From: an uncultured Methanosarcinales archaeon
GTDB lineage: Archaea > Nanobdellota > Nanobdellia > Woesearchaeales > JABMPP01
DNA length: 33,263 nt
NCBI GenBank assembly: GCA_964604995.1
Contig: CAZSAD010000019.1
Location: 1-33,263 of the forward strand
Direction: 5' to 3'
This document shows, piece after piece, positions 1 to 10,754 of this stretch. The first letter of the stretch is position 1, and the number at the start of each line of letters is the position of its first letter. The notes below the pieces were generated by a model. The model had not been told where the DNA came from. It worked only from the letters and a program-made list of their open reading frames with translations, and searched no databases. The translations under genes were made by a program, and so were the position numbers.

Positions 1-2
1 AT

Positions 3-1247
3 TTTAAACTTTATCAAAATAAATCTGATGATCCGAAGACAAAAGGAATTTATGAATTAAAAAAACAGGTTTATGATAAATTTGATGTTGTTGATATGAA
101 AATACTTTCAAGAAGAATTCTAAAAGAAGAGATTCCAATTTTAGAAAACTTTAAAGACAAATTAAATCTTATTTCAAAAAATTTCTATTCAGATAATAAA
201 AAATTTAGAAATGTAAAAAATGCTAAATTAGTTTCAGACTTTTTATTATCTGCAAAATTTGCTTTAAAATCCTGGAATGAAAAATATTTGGAATTAATAA
301 CAATTCTAAAAGCAGAAGCTATGGATCTTTATAATAAAAATAAAAAAGAGAGTGAAAATTATAATTGGGGCGAATTTAAAAAATTATTTATGTCTGAAGT
401 TAATTTGTTAAAAGAAACTTCGACATTAGTTACACCATTAAAAAAGAGACTAGGTATTCTAAAAATAATTGAGGAATATGGACAAAGAAAGATAGGGCAG
501 ATTATTGATGAATTTAAACATCCAATTTTGGTAATGAGCATATTTTTATTGTTATTTGCTGTTCGAAATTCTTATGGTCAAGAATGGAAATTAATTGAAG
601 TAGGAGATAATCTAACAGAAGAAAGTAAGACAGATTCAACAAATAACGAAGCATTTTTGCCAATATGTCAACTACTAAAAGACAACGATTTATTTAAAGA
701 GATAATTAATAGAAAGATACATTTGCAATATTGGAAAGTTGATACTGTGAAAGAGAATAATGGAGCGGCAGCAATATTTATTCCTAGTTTTTTAGGTACA
801 GGTGGAATAATAAAATACACTGATCCGAGATACTTAGAAAAAGAGGATAGTATATATTTTAAATACATATTATACCATGAATATGTGCATGTGATGCAAG
901 AAGAAAACATTAAAAATTATTTTGGCAATAATCCAAATAAAATGCCAGATTGGAAAATTAAATTTTATTATGCAAAACTTGATTCTTCTTACCATTTAGG
1001 TGGAGAACTTGAAGCTTATTACAAACAAGCTTTGTTAGAACAAAAAGAAATAGGAACTATTTCCAAAGGAACTTCATGTGGATTTATAATATTTTATTTA
1101 AGAATAATAAGAAGTGAAAACTATAAAAATTATTTAGAAGTACAAAACTATGTTAATAATATTTATGAAGATTTTGTTAAACAAACTAATTTAAGCAAAG
1201 ATAAAATAATTGATGATAATAAAAAAATGAAAGGTCAAATGAACTAA
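3..1247 (+). CDS. Hypothetical membrane-anchored protein with C-terminal zincin-like (HExxH) domain; 5'-truncated by the window edge
   Basis: The frame of ORF 96..1247 is open back to position 3 (FKLYQNKSDDPK...), so the true start probably lies upstream. There is an internal hydrophobic segment PILVMSIFLLLFAV (~522-563), LYHEYVH (HEYVH at 876-890) and a downstream ELEAY. Confidence 0.6.
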   Translation, partial: FKLYQNKSDDPKTKGIYELKKQVYDKFDVVDMKILSRRILKEEIPILENFKDKLNLISKNFYSDNKKFRNVKNAKLVSDFLLSAKFALKSWNEKYLELITILKAEAMDLYNKNKKESENYNWGEFKKLFMSEVNLLKETSTLVTPLKKRLGILKIIEEYGQRKIGQIIDEFKHPILVMSIFLLLFAVRNSYGQEWKLIEVGDNLTEESKTDSTNNEAFLPICQLLKDNDLFKEIINRKIHLQYWKVDTVKENNGAAAIFIPSFLGTGGIIKYTDPRYLEKEDSIYFKYILYHEYVHVMQEENIKNYFGNNPNKMPDWKIKFYYAKLDSSYHLGGELEAYYKQALLEQKEIGTISKGTSCGFIIFYLRIIRSENYKNYLEVQNYVNNIYEDFVKQTNLSKDKIIDDNKKMKGQMN

Positions 1248-1260
1248 CAATTAAACAAAT

Positions 1261-3708
1261 TTATTTAACAAAGCTAACTAGTATTCCTGTTCCGATACCA
1301 ATTTCTTTAGCAAATTCTTTATCTGCTTTGTCAAATTCCATGCTAAGAACTTTTCCAGTTGAAAGAACGTCCTTTTGCATTGACATTATAGAGTTTTTTT
1401 GCTCTTCATTGCACTCAATAATAATCTTTTGCAACTCAACTTTTAGTGAAAAAGTTTGTTCTGATTTGAATTTTCTTATTGCAGTTATTATATCTAAAGC
1501 AAGTTTTCCTGAAAATTCTATTTTTTCATCTATAATTGAAGAATCATAGCTTGGCCAATCGCTGTTATGAATTGACTTTTTGCCATCTTTTGCTGCAAAA
1601 TATAAGTGATAAATTTCTTCAGTAATATGGGGTGTTATTGGTGCCATGAGTTTTAATAGTGTAAACAATGTTGTATAAAGAGTATATTTTGCTGAGACAA
1701 TTGCGTCCTCATTATAATTTTGAGGATTGTAAAATCTATCTTTTACAATCTCAAGATAATTGTCACAAAATATTTGCCAGAAGAATTTTTCAGTTTCGAG
1801 CTTTGTTCTTACATATTCATATTTATCAAATGAAAGTGTAGATTGTTCAATTAATCTATTTAACAAAGAAAGCATAAATTTGTCAATTGGATAAAGTTCT
1901 TTTGGCTCTTCGTAATTATATTCTCCTAAATTCATTAATGCAAATTTACTTGCATTCCAAAGTTTGTTCACAAATTTCTGTCCGGTAACTAAATCTTTTT
2001 CTTGAAATGGTAAATCTTCTCCTAATTTTGAGCCTGCTGCCCAGTATCTTAAACTATCTGCACTATATTTATCAATCATAATTTGTGGTTCAATTACATT
2101 ACCTTTGCTTTTGCTCATTTTTTTTCCATGTGGATCTAATGCCCAACCAGAAATCATGACATCTTCCCAAGGAATGGTATTGTAATGCATCACACTTTTT
2201 ACAACAGTGTTGAATAACCAGAAAGTTATAATGTCATGAGCTTGTGGTCTAAGTGACATTGGAAATAATTTCTTTTTTACATTTTCATCTTTAATTAGTT
2301 GAATAGCTAATTGAGGAGTAAGAGAAGATGTTGCCCAAGTATCCATTACATCTTTTTCAGGAAGTATATCTTCCATTTTAACTCCCAATGGAAGAGATTT
2401 AGGTTTATCTGTTAAAGGATCAACTGGCAATTGACTAACATCTGCTAAAATTACTTTTCCATCTTTTGTGTACCATAATGGGAATGGAACACCATAATAT
2501 CTTTGTCTTGAAATATTCCAATCCCATCTTAATCCTTTAATCCAATTATCATAACGTGATTTCATAAATTCAGGGTGCCAATTTAATTTTTCTCCAGCTT
2601 CCAAGAATTTATCTTTTAAATCAAGATATTTTATGTACCATTGCTCTGTTGCAATGTATTCAATATCTGTATCACATCTTTCGTGGGTATTTACTGTATG
2701 CTTCAACTTTTCTGTTTTAACCAAAGAACCTTCTTTTTGCAATTCTTCAATTACTTTTTTTCTTGCTTCATCGCTTTTCATTCCTTTGCAAAAGCCAGCT
2801 AAATCATTATATCTACCATCAAGACCCATAACATTTACTGCTTTGACAGTTGGATGCCTTTGTAGCCAGTCAATACATTCAACCCCCCCATAAGAACAGT
2901 AATAAACAACTCCTGAACCATATTCCATATCTGTAAAATCATCAGCAATAAGTTCAACTGTTCTGTCTATTAATGGAATTTTTACTTGCTTTCCTAGAAG
3001 ATGTTTGTATCTTGAATCATTTGGATGAACTGAAATTCCAACACATCCCCAAATTAATTCTGGCCTTGTTGTTGCAAAAATTAATTCATCGTTTGTGTCT
3101 ACAACTTTAGCTTTAATGTAAACTAGATTGCTTTCTTTTTCAACATCTTTCATTTCAACTTGTGCAATTGTTGTTTGACAATTTGGACAAAAGATTACCG
3201 GATATTTGTTTCTAATTATTCTTCCTTGTTTATATAAATCAAGAAAACTTTTTTGACTGATTTTTTGACAATGATCACTAATTGTTGTATAATAAAGAGT
3301 AAAATCGCAAGAGATTCCCAAATTTTTCCAATCTTTTACAAATTTTGGCCTAACTTCTTCTAAAGTATCCATACACAATTTGGCAAATGCTTTTCTGTCC
3401 ATTGCTTTGCTTCTAACATTTTTCAGCTTTTCAACTAATTTTTCAGTTGGAAGACCATTATCATCTGTTCCGAATGGATAAAATACATTGTAACCTTTCA
3501 TCCTCTTGTATCTTATAACAAAATCTTGTTGAGAATATGAGAATGCATGACCAATATGCATTTTACCAGAAATAGTTGGTGGAGGAGTATCTACTGAATA
3601 AATTTTGGCATCTGATTTTTCATCAAATTTGAAAATGCCTTGTTCTTCCCAGTATTTTTGCCATTTTGGCTCAGATATCTTTGGATCATATCTTTCAGGT
3701 AGTTCCAT
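1261..3708 (-). CDS. valS: Valine--tRNA ligase (archaeal type)
   Basis: 815 aa. DTPPPTISGKMHIGH (HIGH motif), KMSKSKGN, DWNISRQR, DVMDTWATSS, RPQAHDII and the editing-domain ATTRPE. Confidence 0.97.
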   Translation of the reverse strand: MELPERYDPKISEPKWQKYWEEQGIFKFDEKSDAKIYSVDTPPPTISGKMHIGHAFSYSQQDFVIRYKRMKGYNVFYPFGTDDNGLPTEKLVEKLKNVRSKAMDRKAFAKLCMDTLEEVRPKFVKDWKNLGISCDFTLYYTTISDHCQKISQKSFLDLYKQGRIIRNKYPVIFCPNCQTTIAQVEMKDVEKESNLVYIKAKVVDTNDELIFATTRPELIWGCVGISVHPNDSRYKHLLGKQVKIPLIDRTVELIADDFTDMEYGSGVVYYCSYGGVECIDWLQRHPTVKAVNVMGLDGRYNDLAGFCKGMKSDEARKKVIEELQKEGSLVKTEKLKHTVNTHERCDTDIEYIATEQWYIKYLDLKDKFLEAGEKLNWHPEFMKSRYDNWIKGLRWDWNISRQRYYGVPFPLWYTKDGKVILADVSQLPVDPLTDKPKSLPLGVKMEDILPEKDVMDTWATSSLTPQLAIQLIKDENVKKKLFPMSLRPQAHDIITFWLFNTVVKSVMHYNTIPWEDVMISGWALDPHGKKMSKSKGNVIEPQIMIDKYSADSLRYWAAGSKLGEDLPFQEKDLVTGQKFVNKLWNASKFALMNLGEYNYEEPKELYPIDKFMLSLLNRLIEQSTLSFDKYEYVRTKLETEKFFWQIFCDNYLEIVKDRFYNPQNYNEDAIVSAKYTLYTTLFTLLKLMAPITPHITEEIYHLYFAAKDGKKSIHNSDWPSYDSSIIDEKIEFSGKLALDIITAIRKFKSEQTFSLKVELQKIIIECNEEQKNSIMSMQKDVLSTGKVLSMEFDKADKEFAKEIGIGTGILVSFVK

Positions 3709-3732
3709 AGAGGAGAAAGTGACAACCCATAG

Positions 3733-3740
3733 TATTTAAA
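3733..3740 (-). promoter_or_regulatory. TATA box of valS (probably leaderless transcript)
   Basis: TTTAAATA on the minus strand, 24 nt upstream of the ATG at 3708; no SD motif. Confidence 0.6.
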
Positions 3741-3792
3741 TGTTAAGGAGAAATAGGAGAAATAATATAAATCTAATAATTATTCCAATAAT

Positions 3793-4503
3793 ATGCTAAC
3801 AAAAAATATGATAACTGAAATTAAAAAAGAGATGCAATCTTTAGCAAATCCAAAAAAAGTAAAAGTATATTCTTGGTTTTTTAAAACTGGAAAAGGACAA
3901 TATGGTGAAGGGGATAAGTTTCTTGGAATAATGGTTCCAGAGCAGCATAAACTTGCTAAGAAATATATTGAAATGAATTTGTGGGATATTGAAAAATTAT
4001 TACTAAGTAAATACCATGAACATAGGTTAACGGGTATATTGATACTTACTAAAAAGTATAAGAAAGCTAGTGAAGAACAAAAAAAACAAATTGTTGATTT
4101 TTATCTTGCAAATACAAAGTCAATTAATAATTGGGACCTTGTTGATTTGACTGCAAGCAAAATTTTAGGTTCACATTTACTTAATAAGGATAGATCAATT
4201 TTGTATAAACTTGTAAAATCAGATAATTTGTGGGAGAGAAGAATTTCAATAATTGCAACATTTGAATTTATTCGAAATAAACAATTTAATGATACATTCA
4301 AATTAAGTAAAATACTTCTTAATGATAAACATGATTTAATGCATAAAGCAGTTGGATGGATGCTTCGCGAAGCTGGGAAGAGAGATCAAAAAGCCGAAGA
4401 AAAATTCTTAATGAAACATTATAAAAAAATGCCAAGGACAATGCTTAGATATGCAATTGAAAAATTTGACAAAAAGAAAAAAGAATTTTATATGAAAAAA
4501 TAA
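3793..4503 (+). CDS. DNA alkylation repair protein, AlkD-like HEAT-repeat glycosylase family
   Basis: FFKTGKGQYGEGDKFLGI, INNWDLVD, WERRISII, HDLMHKAVGWMLRE and MPRTMLRYAIEKF are typical of the DNA_alkylation family. Confidence 0.88.
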   Translation: MLTKNMITEIKKEMQSLANPKKVKVYSWFFKTGKGQYGEGDKFLGIMVPEQHKLAKKYIEMNLWDIEKLLLSKYHEHRLTGILILTKKYKKASEEQKKQIVDFYLANTKSINNWDLVDLTASKILGSHLLNKDRSILYKLVKSDNLWERRISIIATFEFIRNKQFNDTFKLSKILLNDKHDLMHKAVGWMLREAGKRDQKAEEKFLMKHYKKMPRTMLRYAIEKFDKKKKEFYMKK

Positions 4504-4599
4504 GTGAAGTTGCGATAGATTAGTTTCTTAATTTTTTTATTTTTCATTATATTTAAGGTTAAACATCAGATTTAAATTTGATAATTAGGTGATAAGATT

Positions 4600-5658
4600 A
4601 TGAAAAGGTTTAATATTTTGTTTATAGTTATAATTATTTTATTATCTGTTGGATGTGAAAATTTGAAAAGTGAAAAAATGTTGGAAATTAAAAATTTAAG
4701 TTTATTAAACACAAGCAATAATGAAACTGCAATATTTGCAGGTGGTTGTTTTTGGTGTTTAGAAGCATCATTTGAACAATTAGATGGAGTAATTGATGCA
4801 ACAGCTGGATATACTGGTGGAAAAACTGAGAATCCGACTTATGAAGAAGTTTCGCTTGGTAATACTGGACACTATGAAGCTGTAAAAGTAGTGTATGATT
4901 CAAAAGTTATTGACTATGAAAAAGTTTTAAATTTTTATTGGCAAAATATTGATCCGACAAATGATAAAGGACAGTTTTCTGACAAAGGATCTCAATATAG
5001 AAGTGCTATTTTTTATATGAATGAAAAACAAAAAAGTATTGCTGAAAAATCAAAACAAGAGCTTGAAAAATCAGGCATGATTAAAAAGAAAATTGTGACT
5101 ACTATACTTCCTGCAACTAAATTTTATTCTGCTGAAGAATATCATCAAGAATATTATTTGAAAAACCCTACAGATTACAATTTTTATAAAAAAGGATCTG
5201 GAAGAGAAGAAGTTTTAAAAGATGTATGGGGAAACATTTTAGATGAAGAATTAAAGAAGAAATTAACACCAATGCAATATAAAGTAACTCAACAGTGTAG
5301 TACTGAGCCTGCTTTTGAAAATGATTACTGGAACAATCATGAGGAAGGAATTTATGTTGATGTTGTATCGGGTGAACCTTTATTTAGTTCAAAAGATAAA
5401 TTTGATTCTAAAACTGGCTGGCCAAGTTTTACAAAGCCAATAGAAAATAGTAGTGTTGTTGCAAAAGAAGATTCAGATGGAACAGGTAGAATAGAGATTA
5501 GAAGTAGTGAAGCTAATTCGCATCTTGGGCATGTTTTTGAGGATGGCCCAGGACCAAATGGACTTAGATATTGTATTAATTCAGCTTCATTAAAATTTAT
5601 TCCAAAAAAAGACCTTGATAAAGAAGGATATTTCCAATATAAAAAATTGTTTGAATAA
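4600..5658 (+). CDS. msrAB: Bifunctional peptide-methionine sulfoxide reductase MsrA/MsrB with a lipoprotein-type signal peptide
   Basis: MsrA motifs [23 protein letters not shown]. MsrB motifs [23 protein letters not shown]-terminus [19 protein letters not shown] (lipobox-like). SD AGGTGA at 4587-4592. Confidence 0.93.
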   Translation: MKRFNILFIVIIILLSVGCENLKSEKMLEIKNLSLLNTSNNETAIFAGGCFWCLEASFEQLDGVIDATAGYTGGKTENPTYEEVSLGNTGHYEAVKVVYDSKVIDYEKVLNFYWQNIDPTNDKGQFSDKGSQYRSAIFYMNEKQKSIAEKSKQELEKSGMIKKKIVTTILPATKFYSAEEYHQEYYLKNPTDYNFYKKGSGREEVLKDVWGNILDEELKKKLTPMQYKVTQQCSTEPAFENDYWNNHEEGIYVDVVSGEPLFSSKDKFDSKTGWPSFTKPIENSSVVAKEDSDGTGRIEIRSSEANSHLGHVFEDGPGPNGLRYCINSASLKFIPKKDLDKEGYFQYKKLFE

Positions 5659-5778
5659 AAAAATATTAAGAAATATTAAGATTTGTATTTTTAGTAAATT
5701 TTATATTTTTTCTAGTAAAACACAAATTTTCAAATATTTTTCAAAACCTTTTAATACCTTGTTCCTTATTATATTTTG

Positions 5779-6993
5779 ATGCAAAAAACACAGGTTCCAT
5801 TTTTTAAAAAATATTGTCCAAATAGTGTAAAAGAAATTATTGGACAAGAGGAGATAGTTTCTACTATAATTAAATACATTCAAGATTACAAAAAACAGAA
5901 GAAAAAAGCATTGCTTTTGCACGGATTAACTGGTACTGGCAAAACTGTTGCAGTTTATGCAATTGCACACGATTTAGATCTTGAGATTGTTGAAGTTAAT
6001 GCATCTGATTTTAGAAATGAAGCTGGAATTAATTTAGTTGTTGGTGCTGCAGTATCACAAATGTCACTTTTTTCCAAAGGAAAAATAATTTTAGTTGATG
6101 AAGTTGATGGAATTGCAGGAACTGAAGATAGGGGAGGACTTAATGCATTAATTAAGCTTATTGAAAAAACAACATTTCCAATTGTACTTACTGCAAATAA
6201 TGTAGCAGACTATAAATATAATAGTTTAAAGACAAAATGTTTAGTTTTAGAATTTGCTGCACTTTCGTCCAATTCAATTTATAACATTATAAAAAAAATT
6301 TCGGAGCAGGAGAAATTAAAAATTAAAGATGAAGTTTTAAAAAGTGTTTCTAGATTATCTGGAGGAGATGCTAGGGCTGCAATAAATGATTTACAAACAC
6401 TGGCAGGATTTAATGATGAAATAAAAGATCTTGATATTTTAGGAGAAAGAAACAGACAAGATACAATCATTAATGCATTATTAAAAATTCTTAAATCAAC
6501 AGATGTCAAAGTAGCTAAAGGTGCTTTTGATAATGTTGATGAAGATTTTGACCAATGCTTTTTATGGCTTGATGAAAATATGCCAAAGGAATACACAAAA
6601 CCAGAAGATTTGGCAAGAGCTTATGATGTTATGTCTAGAGCGGATGTTTTCAAAGGAAGAATAAGAAGATGGCAGCATTGGAGATTTATGGTTTATATTA
6701 GTGATTTACTAACTGCAGGAGTTGCACTATCCAAAAAAGAAAAATATCCAGGTTTAGTTGGATATAAACCAACAATGAAACTTCTTAAAATTTGGCAAGC
6801 GAATATGAAATATGCAAAAAGAAAAGCAATTGCAAAAAAAGTTGCAGTAAAAACACATACTTCAACTAGAGCGGCAATTCAAAGTACTGTTCCTTATATG
6901 AAAATCATTTTTCAAAAAGATAAAAAACAAGCTGAAGAGTTATCCGAATATTTTGAATTAGAAGAAGAAGAAAAACAATGGCTTTGTCAATAA
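5779..6993 (+). CDS. rfcL: Replication factor C large subunit
   Basis: KYCP..IIGQ (RFC box II), Walker A GLTGTGKT, EVNASD, Walker B ILVDEVDG, GGDARAAINDLQ, WLDEN, ADVFKGRIRRWQHW. ATG at 5779 is preferred to TTG at 5776. Confidence 0.93.
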   Translation: MQKTQVPFFKKYCPNSVKEIIGQEEIVSTIIKYIQDYKKQKKKALLLHGLTGTGKTVAVYAIAHDLDLEIVEVNASDFRNEAGINLVVGAAVSQMSLFSKGKIILVDEVDGIAGTEDRGGLNALIKLIEKTTFPIVLTANNVADYKYNSLKTKCLVLEFAALSSNSIYNIIKKISEQEKLKIKDEVLKSVSRLSGGDARAAINDLQTLAGFNDEIKDLDILGERNRQDTIINALLKILKSTDVKVAKGAFDNVDEDFDQCFLWLDENMPKEYTKPEDLARAYDVMSRADVFKGRIRRWQHWRFMVYISDLLTAGVALSKKEKYPGLVGYKPTMKLLKIWQANMKYAKRKAIAKKVAVKTHTSTRAAIQSTVPYMKIIFQKDKKQAEELSEYFELEEEEKQWLCQ

Positions 6994-7034
6994 AAATTAA
7001 AATAATAAAATAAAATTTTAGTTCGGTGATTTTT

Positions 7035-7634
7035 ATGAAAATTGAAGGAGTTATTTTTGATTGGGGTGGAGTTTTGCATGATAATCCTGGAAAAATAAGA
7101 GATAGATATATATCTAAAAGATTAGATGTTAAAACTGAAGATTATATTAAAATACAAAATAAATATTGGCCAAAATTAGTAACAGCTAAAATCAGTGAAA
7201 AACAATATTGGAAGAAAGTTGGTTCTTCTTTAAAAGTAAATATACCCAAGGATTTAACATGGGGAAAAGCAACTGAAATACATTTCAAACCAAAAAAAGA
7301 AATGTATAAATTAGTTCTAAAATTGAAAAAAAATGGATACAAAATTGCAATGCTAACTGATACTGAAATTGGTAATATTAAAAGATACTCAAAAAAATTT
7401 AAGAGAATGTTTCATGTTGTAACTGCATCTTGCTATGTTAAATTAATAAAACCTGATAAAAGGATTTATTTATTGACATTAGAAAAATTAAAAATTGCTG
7501 CTAATAATTCTATTTTTATTGACGATAGAAAAGTATGTATTGATGGCGCTAAAAAAGTTGGTATGAAAATTATTCAATTTAAGTCAGTTTCTCAGGTTAA
7601 AAAAGAATTGAAAAATATCGGAGTTAAGATATAA
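7035..7634 (+). CDS. HAD-superfamily hydrolase/phosphatase (YihX-like, subfamily IA)
   Basis: VIFDWGGV, LTDT, KPDKRIY, FIDD, GAKKVGM. SD GGTGA at 7025-7029 supports the ATG at 7035. Confidence 0.85.
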   Translation: MKIEGVIFDWGGVLHDNPGKIRDRYISKRLDVKTEDYIKIQNKYWPKLVTAKISEKQYWKKVGSSLKVNIPKDLTWGKATEIHFKPKKEMYKLVLKLKKNGYKIAMLTDTEIGNIKRYSKKFKRMFHVVTASCYVKLIKPDKRIYLLTLEKLKIAANNSIFIDDRKVCIDGAKKVGMKIIQFKSVSQVKKELKNIGVKI

Positions 7635-7681
7635 AGTTAATTTGTAAAATAAAAAATAATTTATCAGTAATTTAATTGGTT

Positions 7682-8785
7682 TTAGGGTAAGAATTTCTCA
7701 GGATGCTCTAACTTTTCAGGTAGGTAATGTGTAATTACAAAATTTAGTCCTGCTGCAGCTAGTGCTTGCTGTTCTGCTCTTTTTTTCAGAGTAATTAAGA
7801 GTCTTAATGCTTTTTGCCATTCTGGATAATGTCTTATGAATGGATCATTCTTGAAAGCGTCTTGTGTTCTTTTAATATCAATATCTTTTAATGGATGAGT
7901 TGGAAGTTTATAATCAATAATATCTTGAGGAGTAACTCCTAAGAATTTTGCTCTTGGAACACAGAAGAATTTATTGATATGTGCTGAATTTCCGCTTCCT
8001 ACTTTTAGAGTTCTATAAATATTTGCAATGCCGTAAGGATCACAATCTGTGAATCCATAAACAGGAAGTTTTTTCTCGTCGCTTAATCTTCTTAAGAATC
8101 TTCTGCATGCTCTTGTTGGAACTCCTCCAAGTGAAATCAAAATGCATTTTGCTTTTTTCCAATAAGCGTGTTTAACTAATCTTTGATACATACCTGCAGT
8201 TTCAATTGCTAAAATGAATTCTGCATCTGTATCAAATTGTAAATGCTCAACGCTGCTTGGAACAGAGTATGCGCCTGAACCAAATTTTGTACAATCAATT
8301 TCTATGTCTTTTCCAGTTTCAGTATCTTGATCGATAACAATTAATTTTCCAGAAACATCTCCACCTTTTTCTTCTGGAATAAAACCTAGTTGTTCCCTAT
8401 TTACCATGAGCATTGCTTCAATATCATCCATTACCATATCTGATTCTGGCTGTTCATTGAATCTTGCTTCGCCCCAGTTTTTCGATACGTAATATGCTTC
8501 TCTTTTAGTTGCAATATCATCAGTTTTAACAAGCTCTTTAGATAAGGACATCATCTTTAGTGTTTGTGCAAAAGTTTTAACAGTTGATGCCGTAAGTGTT
8601 CTTTCTTTGAATTTTCCAACTAATTCAAAATAACCAACTTTAGGATCATAAGAAACGTTTTGTAAACTTCTAAGAGGCATTGATAATTGAGGCTGGGTGT
8701 TTGCAAGAATTTTTCCATAGACATCTTTAGCAACACCTGTAATTTTGCCAATGACTTTATCGTCCTGCTCTTTTGTTTTACTCAT
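7682..8785 (-). CDS. top6A: DNA topoisomerase VI subunit A
   Basis: TKREAYY (catalytic Tyr), TOPRIM AIETAG and [14 protein letters not shown]. Likely start MSKTK at 8785 overlaps the top6B stop (ATGAGTAA), with GGAG upstream. Confidence 0.96.
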   Translation of the reverse strand: MSKTKEQDDKVIGKITGVAKDVYGKILANTQPQLSMPLRSLQNVSYDPKVGYFELVGKFKERTLTASTVKTFAQTLKMMSLSKELVKTDDIATKREAYYVSKNWGEARFNEQPESDMVMDDIEAMLMVNREQLGFIPEEKGGDVSGKLIVIDQDTETGKDIEIDCTKFGSGAYSVPSSVEHLQFDTDAEFILAIETAGMYQRLVKHAYWKKAKCILISLGGVPTRACRRFLRRLSDEKKLPVYGFTDCDPYGIANIYRTLKVGSGNSAHINKFFCVPRAKFLGVTPQDIIDYKLPTHPLKDIDIKRTQDAFKNDPFIRHYPEWQKALRLLITLKKRAEQQALAAAGLNFVITHYLPEKLEHPEKFLP

Positions 8786-10607
8786 CTTTTTCTCCGTCAT
8801 TTTGTTTCTTACCTTTTGATTTTGATTTTTTTTCTGATAAATTTTCTGATTGATTTTCTTCTAGATTATTTTCATTATTAGACTCATTATCAGATTCATC
8901 TTCTTTTCCTATATTTGCAAATTCTTCATCGTATTCTTCGTTTTTATCAGCTATTTCTTCAATTTGTCCACGATTTTGCTCAAGCATTTCTTTTAATGAT
9001 GTTTCAACTTTACGCTGCTCAAATTCTTTTAATCCTAATAATTCTTTTAATGCAATTGCAACATGAGGAATATATTTTTCGATGTAACCTCTTTTTTTCA
9101 GCTCGTCGCCAACACGTTTTTTCTTCGAAACATAACCTGAAAGTTTTCTGCCTGCTTCTTGCAATGCAAGCTTAACTTCTTTGATTATTTCAGGGTAACT
9201 TGCAATTGCTTCTTTACTTTCTGATGTGAATGGAACCCAAACTGATGCAATATGAACTCCAATTGTTACTGGACCAACTGGAAGAGAATTTTGACTTTGA
9301 TTTAATCCATAAGAACGCCATGCTGTTTGAATAACTGACTTTGTAACTGCACACGCGCCTTGTTCATAGAGCAAAGGAACTCTATTTGCAAATCTTAGTA
9401 AATTAATTGTTTTGTCTGCTGGCTGCTCTCCACCGTATGCAATTCCAACTTCAATAACAAAAGGATTTCCCCTGTAAACACTCGGCGGCCTTGTTACTGC
9501 AGTGTAAAATTCTGCCATTATTTCTTTTTTGAGGCCTTTTTCCAAAAGCTCTTCAGTTATTGGAGAAATGCAATCAGTTGGCGGAGCAATGATTTTTGTT
9601 TTTTGAATTCCTTTCATTAATGATTCTGCTTGTTCTCTTGAGAGATCTTTTGGTTTAGTATTGGGAAGAAGTGCTGAATTCTCACAAATTTCTTTTGCTG
9701 TATTTGCCCCAACTCTTGAAAATTCATTTGTTAAAAAACTTTGAAGAGTTCTAGCTTCAGTATTTTTTGCCATTTGCATTAAAATACCAAGTTCAACACC
9801 ATATGGGTGAGGTTTAATTTCTTTTGGCCTTTCAGGAAGTTTATCTGTTGCTCTTGTGAATATAATTTGCTCTGCTTTAGGATTGGTATAAATTATTGTT
9901 ACATGAGGATTTACTATTGCAGTTTCTTTCAAATATTGGTCAACTGATTGGTCTCCTTTTTGATAGGTTGCCTCGATATCAAGCTCAATTTTTGTGCCGT
10001 GCTGTGTAGTCCATTCAACTATATCTTCTTTTAGTATTTTTGGCTGATTTTTTTGAGTATCAATTTGTAATTCATAGTAATGAGCTGGCTCTTTTGTGCC
10101 AATTCTGGATGTTATTTTAGCTGGTCTACCTGTTGTTAACTGAGCGTACATAACTGCAGCTGAAATACCAATTCCTTGCTGGCCTCTTGATTGAGATAAT
10201 TTATGAAACTTGCTACCATATAGAAGTTTTGCAAAAACATTTGGAATTTGTTTTTTTACAATTCCTGGACCATTGTCCTCAACAATCACACGATAATGAT
10301 CTTCGCTAATTTCTATAATTTCAACTGAAATTTCTGGGAGAACGCCTGCTTCTTCACATGCATCTAAACTATTGTCAACTGCTTCTCTTACTGTTGTTAA
10401 TAATGATTTTCTTTTGTTGTCGAATCCCAGAAGATGCCTATTTTTTGCAAAAAATTCTGAAATAGAAATTTCTCTTTGTTTTTCACCCATTGCTTGAGCT
10501 ATTGAAGTTGTATCTTTAGATGAATTATTTTTTGTTGATTTAACTAATGAAGTGCTTGCTTCGTCTAAAGTAGTTTGATTTTTATCAGTCATTTTTTTAT
10601 CAACCAT
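8778..10607 (-). CDS. top6B: DNA topoisomerase VI subunit B
   Basis: GHKL motifs [26 protein letters not shown]; also [14 protein letters not shown] and [10 protein letters not shown]. Acidic low-complexity C-terminal tail. Confidence 0.97.
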   Translation of the reverse strand: MVDKKMTDKNQTTLDEASTSLVKSTKNNSSKDTTSIAQAMGEKQREISISEFFAKNRHLLGFDNKRKSLLTTVREAVDNSLDACEEAGVLPEISVEIIEISEDHYRVIVEDNGPGIVKKQIPNVFAKLLYGSKFHKLSQSRGQQGIGISAAVMYAQLTTGRPAKITSRIGTKEPAHYYELQIDTQKNQPKILKEDIVEWTTQHGTKIELDIEATYQKGDQSVDQYLKETAIVNPHVTIIYTNPKAEQIIFTRATDKLPERPKEIKPHPYGVELGILMQMAKNTEARTLQSFLTNEFSRVGANTAKEICENSALLPNTKPKDLSREQAESLMKGIQKTKIIAPPTDCISPITEELLEKGLKKEIMAEFYTAVTRPPSVYRGNPFVIEVGIAYGGEQPADKTINLLRFANRVPLLYEQGACAVTKSVIQTAWRSYGLNQSQNSLPVGPVTIGVHIASVWVPFTSESKEAIASYPEIIKEVKLALQEAGRKLSGYVSKKKRVGDELKKRGYIEKYIPHVAIALKELLGLKEFEQRKVETSLKEMLEQNRGQIEEIADKNEEYDEEFANIGKEDESDNESNNENNLEENQSENLSEKKSKSKGKKQNDGEKDE

Positions 10608-10754
10608 TCTTTTTCAAAGAGAATTGTTGCCAATTGATATAAAAAAGTTTTTGTTATTTGATTAAAAATAAAAATAATAAACAAATTTACCATAAATTTA
10701 CTATCAAGAAATTGATTTTTTAAGGGTTTATTAAATCTAAGATTAAATTTAAAT

